Part shown: positions 41,988 through 52,810 of the stretch, piece by piece
Layout of the letters: each line of letters opens with the position of its first letter
How positions within the stretch are numbered: position 1 is the first letter of the stretch
From: an uncultured Gemmatimonadales bacterium
GTDB taxonomy: Bacteria; Gemmatimonadota; Gemmatimonadetes; Longimicrobiales; RSA9
Assembly (NCBI GenBank): GCA_963798845.1
Contig: CAWCUS010000004.1
Span: 160,001-224,000, forward strand
Reading direction: 5' to 3'
Length of the DNA: 64,000 bases
Notes under the pieces: model-generated
The model's database searches: none
Told to the model about the DNA's origin: nothing
What the model saw: only the letters and a program-made list of their open reading frames with translations
Position numbers and translations under genes: made by a program

Positions 41988-44579
41988 AGCGCCGAGGTGG
42001 CCGAGCGCGCGGTCGATCCAGCGTCGATCACCCTGGAGGGCTCGGATCCCTGCCACCACGTCCGGATACTCCGCCTCCAGCCGACGGAGCTCCGCCGCCG
42101 CGCTGTCCGGGTGCAGGCTCATCCGGCGCCCGGTCTGCTCCAGCCCAATGTGCTGGTCGCGGGGCCAGTCGTCCGGCCACAGGTTCTCCAGAAGCCGGGC
42201 CGCGCGGTGGAGCCGGGACAGCCGGCCGGGGACGCCATCCAGGAGCGTCGGATCGCGATCGGCAGGGAGCTCGATCACCACCTCCCTCGCCCGCCGCACG
42301 CTCGCCGACGGCAGCGCGATGATCGTGGTGACACGGTCGCCGTCGTACCGCCACCCCGGGCTGCGCCCGTCCGGCCGGTACTCCACCTCGCTGCCGTCGG
42401 CGCTCACGCGCTGCGGCGGCCACGTGCCTGGAAGACGCAGCTCCAGGGCCCGCGCCTGCGGCATGCCGGGATAGCTCCCCTGCGCGGGAGAGACGGTGAT
42501 CCGCACGCGATCGGTCGACCAATGCTGCCGGACGGTCGTGCGTGCGAAATCACCGCGGAGGTAGCCGGGGGAGTCGCCTGCGTCTTCGTATACGCGTGCG
42601 CTCCCCGAGTCGCCGGGGAACAGCGACAGGATCAGCGGTTCGAGCGGGCGCGCGCCGGAGCGGAGCGTGGGCGGCGCCATGGGGATGATCGCGCCGGCCC
42701 GGGCGTAGACGGGGATCTCGTCCAGGGCGAAGCTCCGGTGCACCACGGCCGGCCCGGCCAGCCGCGAGCCCGTGTCCCACTCGTACCATTCTCCCGGCGG
42801 CAGCCACACGTCGCGGCCGGCCAGGAGAGTGGAGCTGTCCATCGGGGAGGTGACGGGGCTCACCAGGAGGTCGGGGCCGAACATGTACTGCCCGCCGAAG
42901 CGGTACGCCTCGTCCGATTCGGGCCAGCCGTAGTACATCGGCCGGACCGGCGAGACTCCCGTTTCGTACGCCGCACGGGCCGCCGTGTACAGGTACGGGA
43001 TGAGCGCGTACCTGCGCTGGAATGCCCGCCTCATCGCGTCGAAGTACTCGGGTGGGTACGCCCAGATCCGCCGCTCCGCCTCTGGGTTCTTCGTGGTGTG
43101 GGTGCGCAGGATCGGGGAGAAGACCCCGAACTGGATCCAGCGGGTGTACAGCTCCGGCGACACGGTGCCGGGAAGGTGGCCGCCGATGTCGTGGCTCCAG
43201 TAGCCGTAGAGCACGTTCGACGCGGTGGCGGTGAAGAGCGGCTCGAACGCCAGCATGGTCCACGTCGAGTGCGCGTCGCCGGAGAAGCCGATCTGATACC
43301 GGTGATTGCCGAGCCCGCCGTAGCGGTGGAAGAGGATCGGCCGCTCATCCGGACGGTGCCGCTGGAAGTCCGTGAAGAAGACGTAGTTCAGCCAGAAGGT
43401 CGGGTTGAGCCCCGGCACCGATGTCTCGCTCCACTGCTGCCAGTCCAGCCACCAGAAATCGACGCCCTGCCGCTCGAGCGGGTGGATCACGAGATCGAAG
43501 TAGTGGCGCGCGAACCCCTTGTCCTCGATCCGGAACGGGACGTAGCGGCGCGTGGTCGGGTCGATCCCTTCCGCCAGCGCCATGGCCTCGTACTGCGCTT
43601 CGTGCGGCTGGATCCCCGACGCCGGATGCAGGTTCAGCGGCGTCTTCAATCCGTGCGCCTCCGCCCATGTCAGGAAACGCTCCGGGGCTGGGAAGTACGC
43701 CCGGTCCCACGTGTAGCCGGTCCACCCCTTCCTCTGGCCCGCCTGGTCCTGCTCGTCGTCGCGCCAGCGCAGCTCGAACGTGTTGTGCCAGTCCATGTCG
43801 ATCACGAGCACGTCCAGCGGGACCCCGTGGTCGTCGAACTCGCCCACCAGATCCACCAGCTCGGCGTCCGTGTACGCCCAGTAGCGAGACCACCAGGCGC
43901 CGAACGCGAACCGCGGCGGGATCGGGATGTACCCGGCGACGCGCGCGAAATCGCCGAGCGCGGCCGCATAGTCGTGGCCGTACCCCAGGAACGTCCAGTC
44001 GACCCGCTCACCCGGGGGACGCCGCGCAGCCCACGGCCACTCGCTTCCGTCGAGAACCGGCCGGTCGCTGTCATCCACGATGGCCCAGCCGTCCCGGGAG
44101 AGCAGCCCGTCACCGAGCGGCACCGGCTCGCCCACGCCGTCCAGCGTGCGGATCGTCCCGCCCAGGTTCGCCGTGTCTGCCGTTCCCGGCCGCCATGTCA
44201 CCGTCCGCCCGGCCACTTCAAGCCTCACTTCGAGGTTCGTCGAGTCGAAGCGGGCTTCGCCCCGGTAGCGCACCTGGAGCGCGCCCGTGTCAATGACGTG
44301 CGACTGGCCCTCCGTGCTTGTCTCGTATTCCGGAACAGGGAGCTTGCGGGTCAGGAAGACGAGGGAGGCGCGGTCCTCGAAGCGCCCGTCCGCAGACCAC
44401 TCCATCCGCACCATCCGGGGAGTGAGAACCGTGAATCGCGCGTGGCCCAGGGTGACGACGGCGTCAGGGTCCGCCACCGGTGCCTGCGGCTGCTGCGCCG
44501 GGGTGGGAGCAGGGGACAGCGCAATGGCCGCCCAGAGGAGCGCGGCCATGGGAAACGGAAGCCGCGTGTGTCCGTTCAT
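41922..44579 (-). CDS. Secreted GH31 alpha-glucosidase/xylosidase-like enzyme
   Basis: Signal peptide; WWSRYW, IDMDWH, WWLDWQ, FSGD, SHDIGG, LRTH. Confidence 0.9.
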   Translation of the reverse strand: MNGHTRLPFPMAALLWAAIALSPAPTPAQQPQAPVADPDAVVTLGHARFTVLTPRMVRMEWSADGRFEDRASLVFLTRKLPVPEYETSTEGQSHVIDTGALQVRYRGEARFDSTNLEVRLEVAGRTVTWRPGTADTANLGGTIRTLDGVGEPVPLGDGLLSRDGWAIVDDSDRPVLDGSEWPWAARRPPGERVDWTFLGYGHDYAAALGDFARVAGYIPIPPRFAFGAWWSRYWAYTDAELVDLVGEFDDHGVPLDVLVIDMDWHNTFELRWRDDEQDQAGQRKGWTGYTWDRAYFPAPERFLTWAEAHGLKTPLNLHPASGIQPHEAQYEAMALAEGIDPTTRRYVPFRIEDKGFARHYFDLVIHPLERQGVDFWWLDWQQWSETSVPGLNPTFWLNYVFFTDFQRHRPDERPILFHRYGGLGNHRYQIGFSGDAHSTWTMLAFEPLFTATASNVLYGYWSHDIGGHLPGTVSPELYTRWIQFGVFSPILRTHTTKNPEAERRIWAYPPEYFDAMRRAFQRRYALIPYLYTAARAAYETGVSPVRPMYYGWPESDEAYRFGGQYMFGPDLLVSPVTSPMDSSTLLAGRDVWLPPGEWYEWDTGSRLAGPAVVHRSFALDEIPVYARAGAIIPMAPPTLRSGARPLEPLILSLFPGDSGSARVYEDAGDSPGYLRGDFARTTVRQHWSTDRVRITVSPAQGSYPGMPQARALELRLPGTWPPQRVSADGSEVEYRPDGRSPGWRYDGDRVTTIIALPSASVRRAREVVIELPADRDPTLLDGVPGRLSRLHRAARLLENLWPDDWPRDQHIGLEQTGRRMSLHPDSAAAELRRLEAEYPDVVAGIRALQGDRRWIDRALGHLGASLPGQDPSPRSGPARHDAPIG

Positions 44580-44767
44580 GCGACCAGGATCCGCACCGCG
44601 CCCGGCCGGCGCAAGCCCCGGCTCACTTCCCCTCGGCCCGCCGTCGCCGTAGTTTGCACCCTGCCCAGATAGCCGCCGCGGCGCCGGAAGCTCGCCGCGG
44701 GAGCGCTGCTTTCGAGCGGGGCGGCCGCAGCCGCCCCCTTCCGTCTGAACCAGGCCCCACGGCTCCC

Positions 44768-45988
44768 ATGCAGCCTTATCTCACCGATGAGCACGAGGCC
44801 CACCGCCGCGACGTGCGCGCGTTCGCGGAGGCGGAGATCGCCCCGGTGGCGAAGGAGCTGGACGAGCAGAGCCGCTTTCCCTGGGACAACGTCGCACGGA
44901 TGGCGGAGCGCGGCTGGTTCGGCGTCAACGTTCCGGAAGAGTACGGCGGCCTCGGCCGCGACTACCTGACGTATATCCTCACCGTGGAGGAGCTGGCCCG
45001 GACGGACGCGAGCCACTCCATCACCGTGAGCGCCCACAGCACCCTCGCGCTGTCCCCGATCCTGAACTTCGGCACCGAGGAGCAGAGGCAGCGCTACGTG
45101 CCGCTCCTGGCCTCGGGGCGCGTCCTCGGCGGCTTCGGGTTGACCGAGGCGGACGCGGGCTCCGACGCGAGTGGCAGCCGCACCACCGCCATCCGCGAGA
45201 ACGGCCACTACCGGTTGAGCGGAAGCAAGATCTTCATCACCCACGCCGGTGTGGGTGAGATCTTCGTCGCCACGGCCGTGACGGATCGCAGCCAGGGCTC
45301 ACGCGGGATCACCAGCTTCATCGTCACCAAAGAGACCACCGACCGCGTAGAGGCCGACCGCGTAGGCGTCGGCCATGCGCCCGAGCTCGAGCCCTACATG
45401 GCGGGCGTGCGAGCGGGCAAGAAGGAAGAGAAGATGGGCTGGCGCGCGTCAGACACGCGCGAGCTCCTTTTCGACGACGTGCAGGTCCCGGCCGCCAACC
45501 GGCTGGGCGAGGAAGGGCAGGGGTTCGTCAATTTCATGAAGACGCTGGACGCCGGTCGCATCGGCGTCGGCGCGCTGGCGCTCGGGCTCGCCCAGGGCGC
45601 ATTCGAGACCGCGCTCCTCTTTTCCGACCGCCGTCGTCAGTTCGGTAGACCTCTGCGGAACTTCCAGGGTATACAGTTCCGGCTGGCCGACATGGCCACA
45701 CGAATACAGGCCGCACGGCACCTCGTCTATCATGCTGCGTGGCTAAAGGATACGGGTCGCTCGTACACGAAGGAGGCCTCCATGGCCAAGCTGTACGCCA
45801 GCGACGCCGCAATGGAAATAACCACCCAGGCGGTGCAGCTGCTGGGAGGTCACGGGTACACGAACGACTATCCCGTTGAACGGCACATGCGCGACGCAAA
45901 GGTCTGCCAGATCGGCGAAGGCACGAACGAGATCCAGCGCCTCGTCATCGCGCGCCAGCTCTTCGATGAGAATTTCGACGGGAGATGA
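44768..45988 (+). CDS. Acyl-CoA dehydrogenase (short/branched-chain type)
   Basis: FGLTE-x-DAGSDA, GSKIFIT, RRQFG, GGHGY, IGEGTNEIQR. Confidence 0.93.
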   Translation: MQPYLTDEHEAHRRDVRAFAEAEIAPVAKELDEQSRFPWDNVARMAERGWFGVNVPEEYGGLGRDYLTYILTVEELARTDASHSITVSAHSTLALSPILNFGTEEQRQRYVPLLASGRVLGGFGLTEADAGSDASGSRTTAIRENGHYRLSGSKIFITHAGVGEIFVATAVTDRSQGSRGITSFIVTKETTDRVEADRVGVGHAPELEPYMAGVRAGKKEEKMGWRASDTRELLFDDVQVPAANRLGEEGQGFVNFMKTLDAGRIGVGALALGLAQGAFETALLFSDRRRQFGRPLRNFQGIQFRLADMATRIQAARHLVYHAAWLKDTGRSYTKEASMAKLYASDAAMEITTQAVQLLGGHGYTNDYPVERHMRDAKVCQIGEGTNEIQRLVIARQLFDENFDGR

Positions 45989-45999
45989 GCATGTGAGGC

Positions 46000-47514
46000 A
46001 TGAAGCGAGAAATTCTGATCTCGTCCGCGCCGCTCGAAGCGCGCGTGGCGATACTCGAGGACGACATCCTCGTCGAGTTCCTGGTCGAGCGCCCCGACGC
46101 GGGCCGCATCGTCGGTGACATCTACCTGGGGGAGGTCCAGGCGGTCCTCCCCGGGATTCAGGCCGCCTTCGTCGAGATCGGCACGGACAAGGCTGCCTTC
46201 CTCCACGCCTCCGACCTCGCCGAGGAGGAGGACGAGGACGACAACGGGAACGGCGGCAACGGCCGACGCAGCCACCCTCCCATCGAGGAGGTGGTGAAGA
46301 AGGGGCAGAAGGTCCTCGTCCAGGTGACGAAGGAGGCCATCTCCACCAAGGGGCCCCGCGTCACCAGCCAGATCTCCCTTCCCGGCCGCTTCCTCGTCCT
46401 CATGCCGCAGTCCGATCACGTCGGCGTCAGCCGCAAGATCGAAGACCGCGAGGAGCGCACTCGCCTCCGCCGCATGGCGAAGGAGAACCTCCCCGCCGAT
46501 TCCGGAGGCCTGATCATCCGGACGGCGGGCGAGGAGCTCACGCCCGAGCTGTTCAAGCGCGAGCTCAAGACCCTCCTCGCCACCTGGGAGCAGATCCAGA
46601 AGAAGGCGAAAGCCGTCCGCGCCCCGGCACTCGTTCACCGCGAGGCCGGCCTCACCAAGGGGATCATCCGCGACATCTTCACCAACAAGGTTGACTCCCT
46701 CACCGTGGACAGCCGCGACGTCTACGATGAGATCGAGCGCTACCTCGACGGGATCGACCCCGACCTCATGGAGCGCGTCCACCTCTACGACGAACCGCTC
46801 CCCCTCTTCGACGAATACGGCGTGGAGGAGGCCATCCGCGAAGCCTTCCAGAGACGCGTCGACCTCCCTTCCGGCGGCTACGTCATCATCGAGCCCACCG
46901 AGGCCCTCGTCTCCGTCGACGTCAACACGGGAAGGTACACCGGGAAGAAGGACCCCGAGAAGACGATCCTGAAGACCAACCTCGACGCCGCTCGTGAGGT
47001 CGCCCGCCAGCTCCGCCTCCGCGACATCGGCGGGATCATCGTGGTCGACTTCATCGACATGGAGGCCAAGGCCAACCAGGACCGAGTCCTCCAGGAGCTC
47101 CGAACCTATCTCAATAGGGACCGCGCCCGCACTCGCGCCTTCCAGGTCTCGGAGCTCGGCCTCGTGGAGATGACCCGTCAGCGCGTGCGCCCCAGCCTCT
47201 ACTACTCCCTCACCGAGCCGTGCGCCCACTGCGATGGCGCCGGTCGCGTCTTCACCCCGGAAACCGTGGTCCGCCGCATCGAGCGCGCGCTGCGGCGCGC
47301 CGCAGCCAACGGCGCCGACCGCCGCCTCTCCATCCGCCTCCACCCCCAGGTGGCGCTCCACATCCTCGAGGATGAGCCCGACTTCCTGCGCCGCGTGGCC
47401 GGCCGCCTGCGGCTCGACCTCGATCTCCGCGACGACCCGCTCATGAAGGCCGACGAGTTCCGACTCCTCTCCGGTCCCGCCCGCACGGATGTGACCGCCC
47501 GCTACGCGGTGTAG
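46000..47514 (+). CDS. rng: Ribonuclease E/G family (RNase G-length)
   Basis: VGDIYLG, QAAFVEIG, VDVNTG, GGIIVVDFIDM, GLVEMTRQR, CxxCxG. Confidence 0.93.
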   Translation: MKREILISSAPLEARVAILEDDILVEFLVERPDAGRIVGDIYLGEVQAVLPGIQAAFVEIGTDKAAFLHASDLAEEEDEDDNGNGGNGRRSHPPIEEVVKKGQKVLVQVTKEAISTKGPRVTSQISLPGRFLVLMPQSDHVGVSRKIEDREERTRLRRMAKENLPADSGGLIIRTAGEELTPELFKRELKTLLATWEQIQKKAKAVRAPALVHREAGLTKGIIRDIFTNKVDSLTVDSRDVYDEIERYLDGIDPDLMERVHLYDEPLPLFDEYGVEEAIREAFQRRVDLPSGGYVIIEPTEALVSVDVNTGRYTGKKDPEKTILKTNLDAAREVARQLRLRDIGGIIVVDFIDMEAKANQDRVLQELRTYLNRDRARTRAFQVSELGLVEMTRQRVRPSLYYSLTEPCAHCDGAGRVFTPETVVRRIERALRRAAANGADRRLSIRLHPQVALHILEDEPDFLRRVAGRLRLDLDLRDDPLMKADEFRLLSGPARTDVTARYAV

Positions 47515-47565
47515 AACGGCCGGAGGACGCGGGATCCCGCGTGCCGGCGTCGTGGCTTCGAGCCC

Positions 47566-47594
47566 TTGACTCACCGCCATCCTTCGCCCAAATT
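47566..47594 (+). promoter_or_regulatory. Putative promoter of rplU-rpmA
   Basis: TTGACT-17 nt-CAAATT. Confidence 0.45.
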
Positions 47595-47628
47595 CTTCCG
47601 TCTGTACACGAACCTGAAGACGGCCATT

Positions 47629-47943
47629 ATGTACGCGATCATCCGCACTGGCGGAAAGCAGTTCCGGGCCGAGCCCGGTCAGACGATCAAGATCCCGTCG
47701 CTCAAGGCCGACGTGGGCGAGACCGTGACGTTCGACGACGTCCTGGTCGCGCACACGGACGGCGGCCTGCAGGTGGGCGCGCCGAGCGTGGATGGCGCCT
47801 CTGTCACGGGCGAGGTGCTGGAGCACGGGAAGGGCAAGAAGGTGATCGTGTTCAAGTGGAAGCGGCGGAAGAACTATCGTCGCAAGAAGGGCCACCGTCA
47901 GAAGTTCACGGCGGTCCGGATCGATCAGATCAACGCCGGCTGA
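47629..47943 (+). CDS. rplU: 50S ribosomal protein L21
   Basis: [11 protein letters not shown]...[14 protein letters not shown]. Confidence 0.98.
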   Translation: MYAIIRTGGKQFRAEPGQTIKIPSLKADVGETVTFDDVLVAHTDGGLQVGAPSVDGASVTGEVLEHGKGKKVIVFKWKRRKNYRRKKGHRQKFTAVRIDQINAG

Positions 47944-47957
47944 GCGGGAGGTAGCAG

Positions 47958-48215
47958 ATGGCACACAAGAAGGGCGTCGGCTCGACCCGGAACGGCCGCG
48001 ATTCGAATCCGCAATACCTGGGCGTGAAGAAGTACGGCGGCGAGAGCGTGCTGGCGGGGAACATCCTGGTGCGTCAGCGCGGGACCAAGTTCCACCCGGG
48101 CCGGAACGTGGGTCGCGGGAAGGATGACACGTTGTTCGCGCTCGTCAGCGGCGTGGTGACGTTCGAGCGCCGGGGCCGTGACCGCAAGCAGGTGTCGGTC
48201 TATCCGGCCGAGTAG
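47958..48215 (+). CDS. rpmA: 50S ribosomal protein L27
   Basis: [16 protein letters not shown]...[10 protein letters not shown]. Confidence 0.98.
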   Translation: MAHKKGVGSTRNGRDSNPQYLGVKKYGGESVLAGNILVRQRGTKFHPGRNVGRGKDDTLFALVSGVVTFERRGRDRKQVSVYPAE

Positions 48216-48240
48216 CTGCCGGGTCGGCAGGGAGATGGAT

Positions 48241-48273
48241 GCCCCTCGCGGCGAGCGCCGCGGGGGGCCTTTT
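48241..48273 (+). terminator. Intrinsic terminator after rpmA
   Basis: 12-bp stem GCCCCTCGCGGC/GCCGCGGGGGGC, GAGC loop, followed by CTTTT. Confidence 0.75.
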
Positions 48274-48343
48274 GCAGGCGGCTTGGTGGCCCCGAACGTG
48301 CATGCGGAGGCGCGTGACCGGCAACCTGAAGAGAGCGAGCGGC

Positions 48344-48805
48344 ATGGAAGACCAGGAGAGGTCGCGGGTTCGCAGGACGGGGGCGATCCGCAGCACGGAC
48401 CTTGAGCCGTACACCGGTCTCCGATGGGTGGCCACCATCTTCAAGGCCGCGGCGGTCTTCATCTTCGTGGCCCTGGCGGCGGAGTTCGTGGCAGGGTTGC
48501 GCATGACCGGCCCGGCGTCGTTGCCGGCGCTGCTCGGCGAGACGGCCCGGACGGCGGTCGTGGCGGTGGTCCTCTGGGGGGGTGGCGACCTGGTCCGCCT
48601 CCTCGTGGACATGGGTCACGATGTGCGTGCGCAGCGGATCCTCATGGTCCGGCTCCTGAGCCGCACGCCACGACGGACGCGGCCGAACGTCGTTCCGGAC
48701 CTGCTGGACCAGGAAGAGGCGGAGGCGGAAAGCCTCGATGCCGCCGAGGCGGGGCTCGCAGAGGCACAGCAGTCGGCGCCCGAGGACGCGAGCTCGGCCG
48801 CCTGA
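48344..48805 (+). CDS. Hypothetical two-TM membrane protein
   Basis: EPYTGLRWVATIFK...LWGGGDLVRLLVDMGHDVRA; acidic tail. Confidence 0.65.
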   Translation: MEDQERSRVRRTGAIRSTDLEPYTGLRWVATIFKAAAVFIFVALAAEFVAGLRMTGPASLPALLGETARTAVVAVVLWGGGDLVRLLVDMGHDVRAQRILMVRLLSRTPRRTRPNVVPDLLDQEEAEAESLDAAEAGLAEAQQSAPEDASSAA

Positions 48806-48815
48806 GCCTCGCCGC

Positions 48816-49136
48816 TCAGCGTCCGCCCGGCTCCGCTCCGCTCCGCTCCTGTCCCATCGACTCCTCTCCCCCCGGTTGGCCGAGATCGCGCAGGCTCCTC
48901 GCCACCGCGTCCAGGGCGGCACTCACGTGGTCCAGGAGCTCGCGGGTGGCCGAGAGCGTGAGTCCCTCCGCGCCCACGAGCGACTTCAGGCGGCGGATCC
49001 GGGCGGCGGAGTAGGCGATGGTTTCCGCGGGGTCAGCGTCGGAGGCCGGGGCCGCGGCCGTGTCCTCGCCAAACGGGTTCGCGGGACGCGCTGCGTCGAT
49101 CGGGTCGTCGGCGAACGGATTCTTCGGCACGGTCAC
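48816..49136 (-). CDS. Hypothetical small protein with two NPF motifs
   Basis: GTGA overlap with the upstream crotonase stop; RBS AAGGGGAG. Confidence 0.55.
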   Translation of the reverse strand: MTVPKNPFADDPIDAARPANPFGEDTAAAPASDADPAETIAYSAARIRRLKSLVGAEGLTLSATRELLDHVSAALDAVARSLRDLGQPGGEESMGQERSGAEPGGR

Positions 49137-49915
49137 CTCCCCTTGAAGTCCGCGGCGCGCTTCTCCAGGAATGCCGAGACGCCCTCGGCGCGGTCGTCGC
49201 TCCCGAACGCGGTGAGGAACAGCTCTCGCTCGAGGGCCAGCCCGTCGCGCATCGGCAGCTCCGCCGCCGCGCGCACGGCCTCCTTGATGAGCTTCAGGGC
49301 CACGGGCGAGTGCCGGGCGATGGCTACGGCCAGCTCGCGCGTGCGGTCGGCGAGCCCGTCGTCGTCGACGACCTCCTCCACCAGTCCGATCCGCTCTGCC
49401 TCGTCCGCGGTGATGATCTCGCCCGTGAGGATGAGCCGCAGGGCGCGGCCGTGGCCCACGAGCCGTGGGAGCCGCTGCGTGCCGCCGCCGCCCGGGAGCA
49501 GCGCGAGGTTGACTTCCGGCTGGCCCAGCCGGGCCGATCGCGCGGCGATGCGGAGGTCGCACGCGAGGGCCAGCTCACAGCCGCCGCCGAGCGCGTAGCC
49601 GTTGATCGAAGCGATCGTTGGCTTCGGAAAGTCCGCCACCGCGTCGTAGACGCGACGGCCTTCCATGGCGGCGCGCTGCTGCAGTACGGTCCGCTCGGCG
49701 AATTCCGCGATGTCGGCGCCCGCGATGAACGCCCTTTCCCCCGCGCCGGTGAACACCACGACGCGGACGTCCTGGTCGCCGGCCAGTCGATCCAGGACGC
49801 GCGTGATCTCGCTTCGTACCCGCGTGTTCAGCGCGTTCCGCTTCTCGGGCCGGTCCACCGTGATCGTGGCGACCCGGTCCACCGTGGCCACGTGCAGCGT
49901 CTCGAGCTCGGTCAT
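49133..49915 (-). CDS. Enoyl-CoA hydratase (PaaF/crotonase-like)
   Basis: AFIAGADI, ALGGGCELA, GQPEVNL, PGGGGTQRL. Confidence 0.9.
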   Translation of the reverse strand: MTELETLHVATVDRVATITVDRPEKRNALNTRVRSEITRVLDRLAGDQDVRVVVFTGAGERAFIAGADIAEFAERTVLQQRAAMEGRRVYDAVADFPKPTIASINGYALGGGCELALACDLRIAARSARLGQPEVNLALLPGGGGTQRLPRLVGHGRALRLILTGEIITADEAERIGLVEEVVDDDGLADRTRELAVAIARHSPVALKLIKEAVRAAAELPMRDGLALERELFLTAFGSDDRAEGVSAFLEKRAADFKGR

Positions 49916-50820
49916 CGGTCCTCCGCGGACTCGGACCAATCGTAGAATCCTCGCCCGCTCTTCTGTCCCAGCTCGCCTGCGTCCACCTTCCGGCGCAGGA
50001 TGTCGGGCGGGCGGAAGCGCTCGGCGGCGAGCGCTTCGTGGAGGTACTCGGCCACGTGCAGTCGGACGTCGAGTCCCACCAGATCGGTGAGGCGGAGCGG
50101 CCCCATGGGGTGGCGGTAGCCGAGCGTCATGGCCGCGTCGATGTCCTCGGCGCTGGCCACGCCCTCCTCCAGCATGCGCATCGCCTCCAACCCCAGCGCC
50201 ACTCCGAGACGCGAGGAGGCGAACCCGGGCGAGTCCCGGACGATGATGGGCTCCTTCCCGATCCAGCGGACGAAGGAGACGCCGACATCCAGGGCTCGGT
50301 CGGACGTCTCCCGCCCCCGCACCACCTCCACGAGCTTCATGATGTGGACGGGGTTGAAGAAGTGGAGCCCCAGCATCCGTTCGGGGTGGGCGAGAGCCTT
50401 CTGCATGGCGCTCACGCTCAGGCTGCTCGTGTTGCTCGCCAGCAGCGCACCCGCCGGCGACGCGCGTTCCGCCCGCGCCAGCACTTCCCGCTTGAGCGCC
50501 AACCGCTCGGGGACCGCCTCCACGACCATGTCCACGTCCGCGCACCCCGCCTCCAGGTCCGCCCCGCCGGTGATGCGCCCCACGGTTCGGTCGCGGAGCG
50601 CGGCGTCCACCTTCCCGCGCTCCACGCCGGTGTCCAGGTTCTGGCGGATCCGTCGCAGCCCCTCCTCTGCGAGGTCGGCGCTCCGGTCCACGAGCACTAC
50701 CTGCGCCCCGGCCATGCCGGCCACCTGGGCGATGCCGTGCCCCATGGTCCCGGCGCCCACGACCACCAGCTTGCGGACGCCGGCGCCGCCCGCCCGCGCC
50801 GCGTCGGGGGCTTCGCTCAT
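49912..50820 (-). CDS. 3-hydroxyacyl-CoA dehydrogenase
   Basis: GAGTMGHGIA, EAVPE, SNTSSL, HFFNP, HPMGPL. Confidence 0.93.
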   Translation of the reverse strand: MSEAPDAARAGGAGVRKLVVVGAGTMGHGIAQVAGMAGAQVVLVDRSADLAEEGLRRIRQNLDTGVERGKVDAALRDRTVGRITGGADLEAGCADVDMVVEAVPERLALKREVLARAERASPAGALLASNTSSLSVSAMQKALAHPERMLGLHFFNPVHIMKLVEVVRGRETSDRALDVGVSFVRWIGKEPIIVRDSPGFASSRLGVALGLEAMRMLEEGVASAEDIDAAMTLGYRHPMGPLRLTDLVGLDVRLHVAEYLHEALAAERFRPPDILRRKVDAGELGQKSGRGFYDWSESAEDR

Positions 50821-51608
50821 CGGCCGAAGCGGGGGGCGCGCTTTTCCAGGAACGCCTGCACGCCTTCGCGGAACTCCTTCGAGCGGAACGCTCTCATCTG
50901 GGCGGCCGCTTCCATCTCCAGGATCTCGTCCAGGTCGGCCGCCAGACTCCGACGCAGCGTGCGCTTCGCGTCCGCGATCACCTCTGCCGGCCCGCCGGCG
51001 ATCTGGCCCGCGAGTCCGCGAACGGCTCCCTCCAGCTCGTCGGCGGGGACCACGCGGTTGAAGAGGCCCAGCCGCTCGGCGCGCCGGGCGTTGATCATGC
51101 CGCCGGTGAAGGTGAGTTCGGCGGCCAGTGCGGAGCCGATGAGGCGAGGGAGGTAGTAGGCGCCGCCCCAGTCCGGGTGGAGCCCGATGCGCGTGAACGT
51201 GAGACCGATGGACGCGTTCTGGCTCGCCACGCGGAGGTCGCACGCCAGCGCCAGGGACGCGCCCGCACCGGCAGCCGCGCCGTTGACGGCCGCGATCACC
51301 GGCTTCCGCATCTCGTCGATCCGCTTGACGATCCGGATTCCCGTGCGCACCAGTTCGGCGAATTCTTCCTCGGCGGCGCGCTCCGAGAGGTCGGCCATGT
51401 GCTGGACGTCGCCGCCCGTGCAGAAAGCCCGGCCGACGCCCGTCACGGCCACGCACCGTACGGCGGGGTCGTCGTCCAGCTCCTCCAGACCACGTTCGAG
51501 TAGCGTCCGCATCTCGCCGACGAGCGCGTTCAGCCGCTCCGGCCGGTTGATGCGGATCCAGCCCAGGTTGCCGGTCCGTTCCACCAGGATCTGCTTGTCT
51601 TCGCTCAT
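50817..51608 (-). CDS. Enoyl-CoA hydratase/isomerase (PaaG-like)
   Basis: [27 protein letters not shown] (Asp-type, as in PaaG). Confidence 0.8.
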   Translation of the reverse strand: MSEDKQILVERTGNLGWIRINRPERLNALVGEMRTLLERGLEELDDDPAVRCVAVTGVGRAFCTGGDVQHMADLSERAAEEEFAELVRTGIRIVKRIDEMRKPVIAAVNGAAAGAGASLALACDLRVASQNASIGLTFTRIGLHPDWGGAYYLPRLIGSALAAELTFTGGMINARRAERLGLFNRVVPADELEGAVRGLAGQIAGGPAEVIADAKRTLRRSLAADLDEILEMEAAAQMRAFRSKEFREGVQAFLEKRAPRFGR

Positions 51609-52810
51609 GCTGCATCCACTTCCACGATCGTCGCGATGCCCTGGCCCACCCCGATGCACATCGTGGCGAGACCGATGCCGCCGCCCCTGCGCTTCAGCTC
51701 GTGCACCAAGGTGGTGAGAATCCGGGCGCCGGAACAGCCGAGCGGGTGCCCCAGGGCGATTGCTCCCCCGTTGACGTTGACGATCGCGGGATCGAGTCCG
51801 AGCTCGTCGATGCACGCGATGCTCTGCGACGCGAACGCCTCGTTCAACTCCACCAGGTCCAGGTCGCCCAGCGTCATTCCCGCACGGTGGAGCGCCTTGC
51901 GCGTGGCGGGGATCGGGCCCAGCCCCATCAGGTCCGGTGCCACGCCGGCGACGGCGCCGGTCACGTACGTCGCCAGGGGACGCAACCCGAGGCCGGCCGC
52001 CCGATCCTCCGACATCACCACGAGCGCCGCCGCCCCGTCGTTCAGGCCGGACGAGTTCCCGGCCGTCACGGTGCCGCCCTCGAGAAAGGCGGGGGAGAGC
52101 TTGGCCAGCTTCTCCAGAGTGGTGTCGGCACGCGGATGCTCGTCCACATCCACGACCACGGGCGCCCCCTTTCGCTGCGGGACCTCAACCGGCACGATCT
52201 CGTCGTCGAAGCGGCCGGCAGCCATGGCGGCCGCGGCCTTTCGCTGGCTTTCCAGCGCGAAGCGGTCCTGCGCTTCGCGGTCGATTCCCCACTTCTTCGC
52301 CACGTTCTCCGCAGTGACGCCGAGCCCCACCGTCCAGTGATCGGGGAAGCGGGGATTCAGGAAGCGCCAACCCAGCATGGTGTCGGCGATCTCGGGCGAG
52401 CCGCGCGGGTACGCCGTTTCGGGCTTGAGCAGCACCCACGGCGCGCGGCTCATGGACTCCACTCCGCCCGCGGCGAACACGTTGCCCTCATCCACCCGGG
52501 CCGCGTGGCAGGCGCTGTTCACCGCCTGGAGGCCGGACCCGCACAGGCGGTTGATCGTCTGCCCGGCCACCTCGATAGGATAGCCTGCGAGCAGCGCCGA
52601 CATGCGGGCCACGTTCCGGTTGTCCTCGCCCGCCTGGTTCGCACACCCCAGCAGCACGTCCTCCACGAGAGCCGGATCGATCCCCGCTTCCTCCACCACA
52701 CCACGGAGCACGATGGCGGCGAGATCGTCGGGGCGGACGGAAGCGAGCGCCCCGCCCGCCCGGCCCACGGGCGTCCGCACCGCCGCCGCGATGACAGCGC
52801 GCGCGCTCAA
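51605..52810 (-). CDS. Thiolase (PaaJ/PcaF-like)
   Basis: [40 protein letters not shown]. Confidence 0.93.
   Translation of the reverse strand: MSARAVIAAAVRTPVGRAGGALASVRPDDLAAIVLRGVVEEAGIDPALVEDVLLGCANQAGEDNRNVARMSALLAGYPIEVAGQTINRLCGSGLQAVNSACHAARVDEGNVFAAGGVESMSRAPWVLLKPETAYPRGSPEIADTMLGWRFLNPRFPDHWTVGLGVTAENVAKKWGIDREAQDRFALESQRKAAAAMAAGRFDDEIVPVEVPQRKGAPVVVDVDEHPRADTTLEKLAKLSPAFLEGGTVTAGNSSGLNDGAAALVVMSEDRAAGLGLRPLATYVTGAVAGVAPDLMGLGPIPATRKALHRAGMTLGDLDLVELNEAFASQSIACIDELGLDPAIVNVNGGAIALGHPLGCSGARILTTLVHELKRRGGGIGLATMCIGVGQGIATIVEVDAA

Noticed and set aside
41997..44672. 891-aa plus-strand ORF and many similar antisense ORFs
   Set aside because: Mirror frames of real genes, expected at this GC content; no recognisable motifs
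48831..48850. (CTCCG)n short repeat
   Set aside because: Only about 4 units in GC-rich DNA; weak evidence of function
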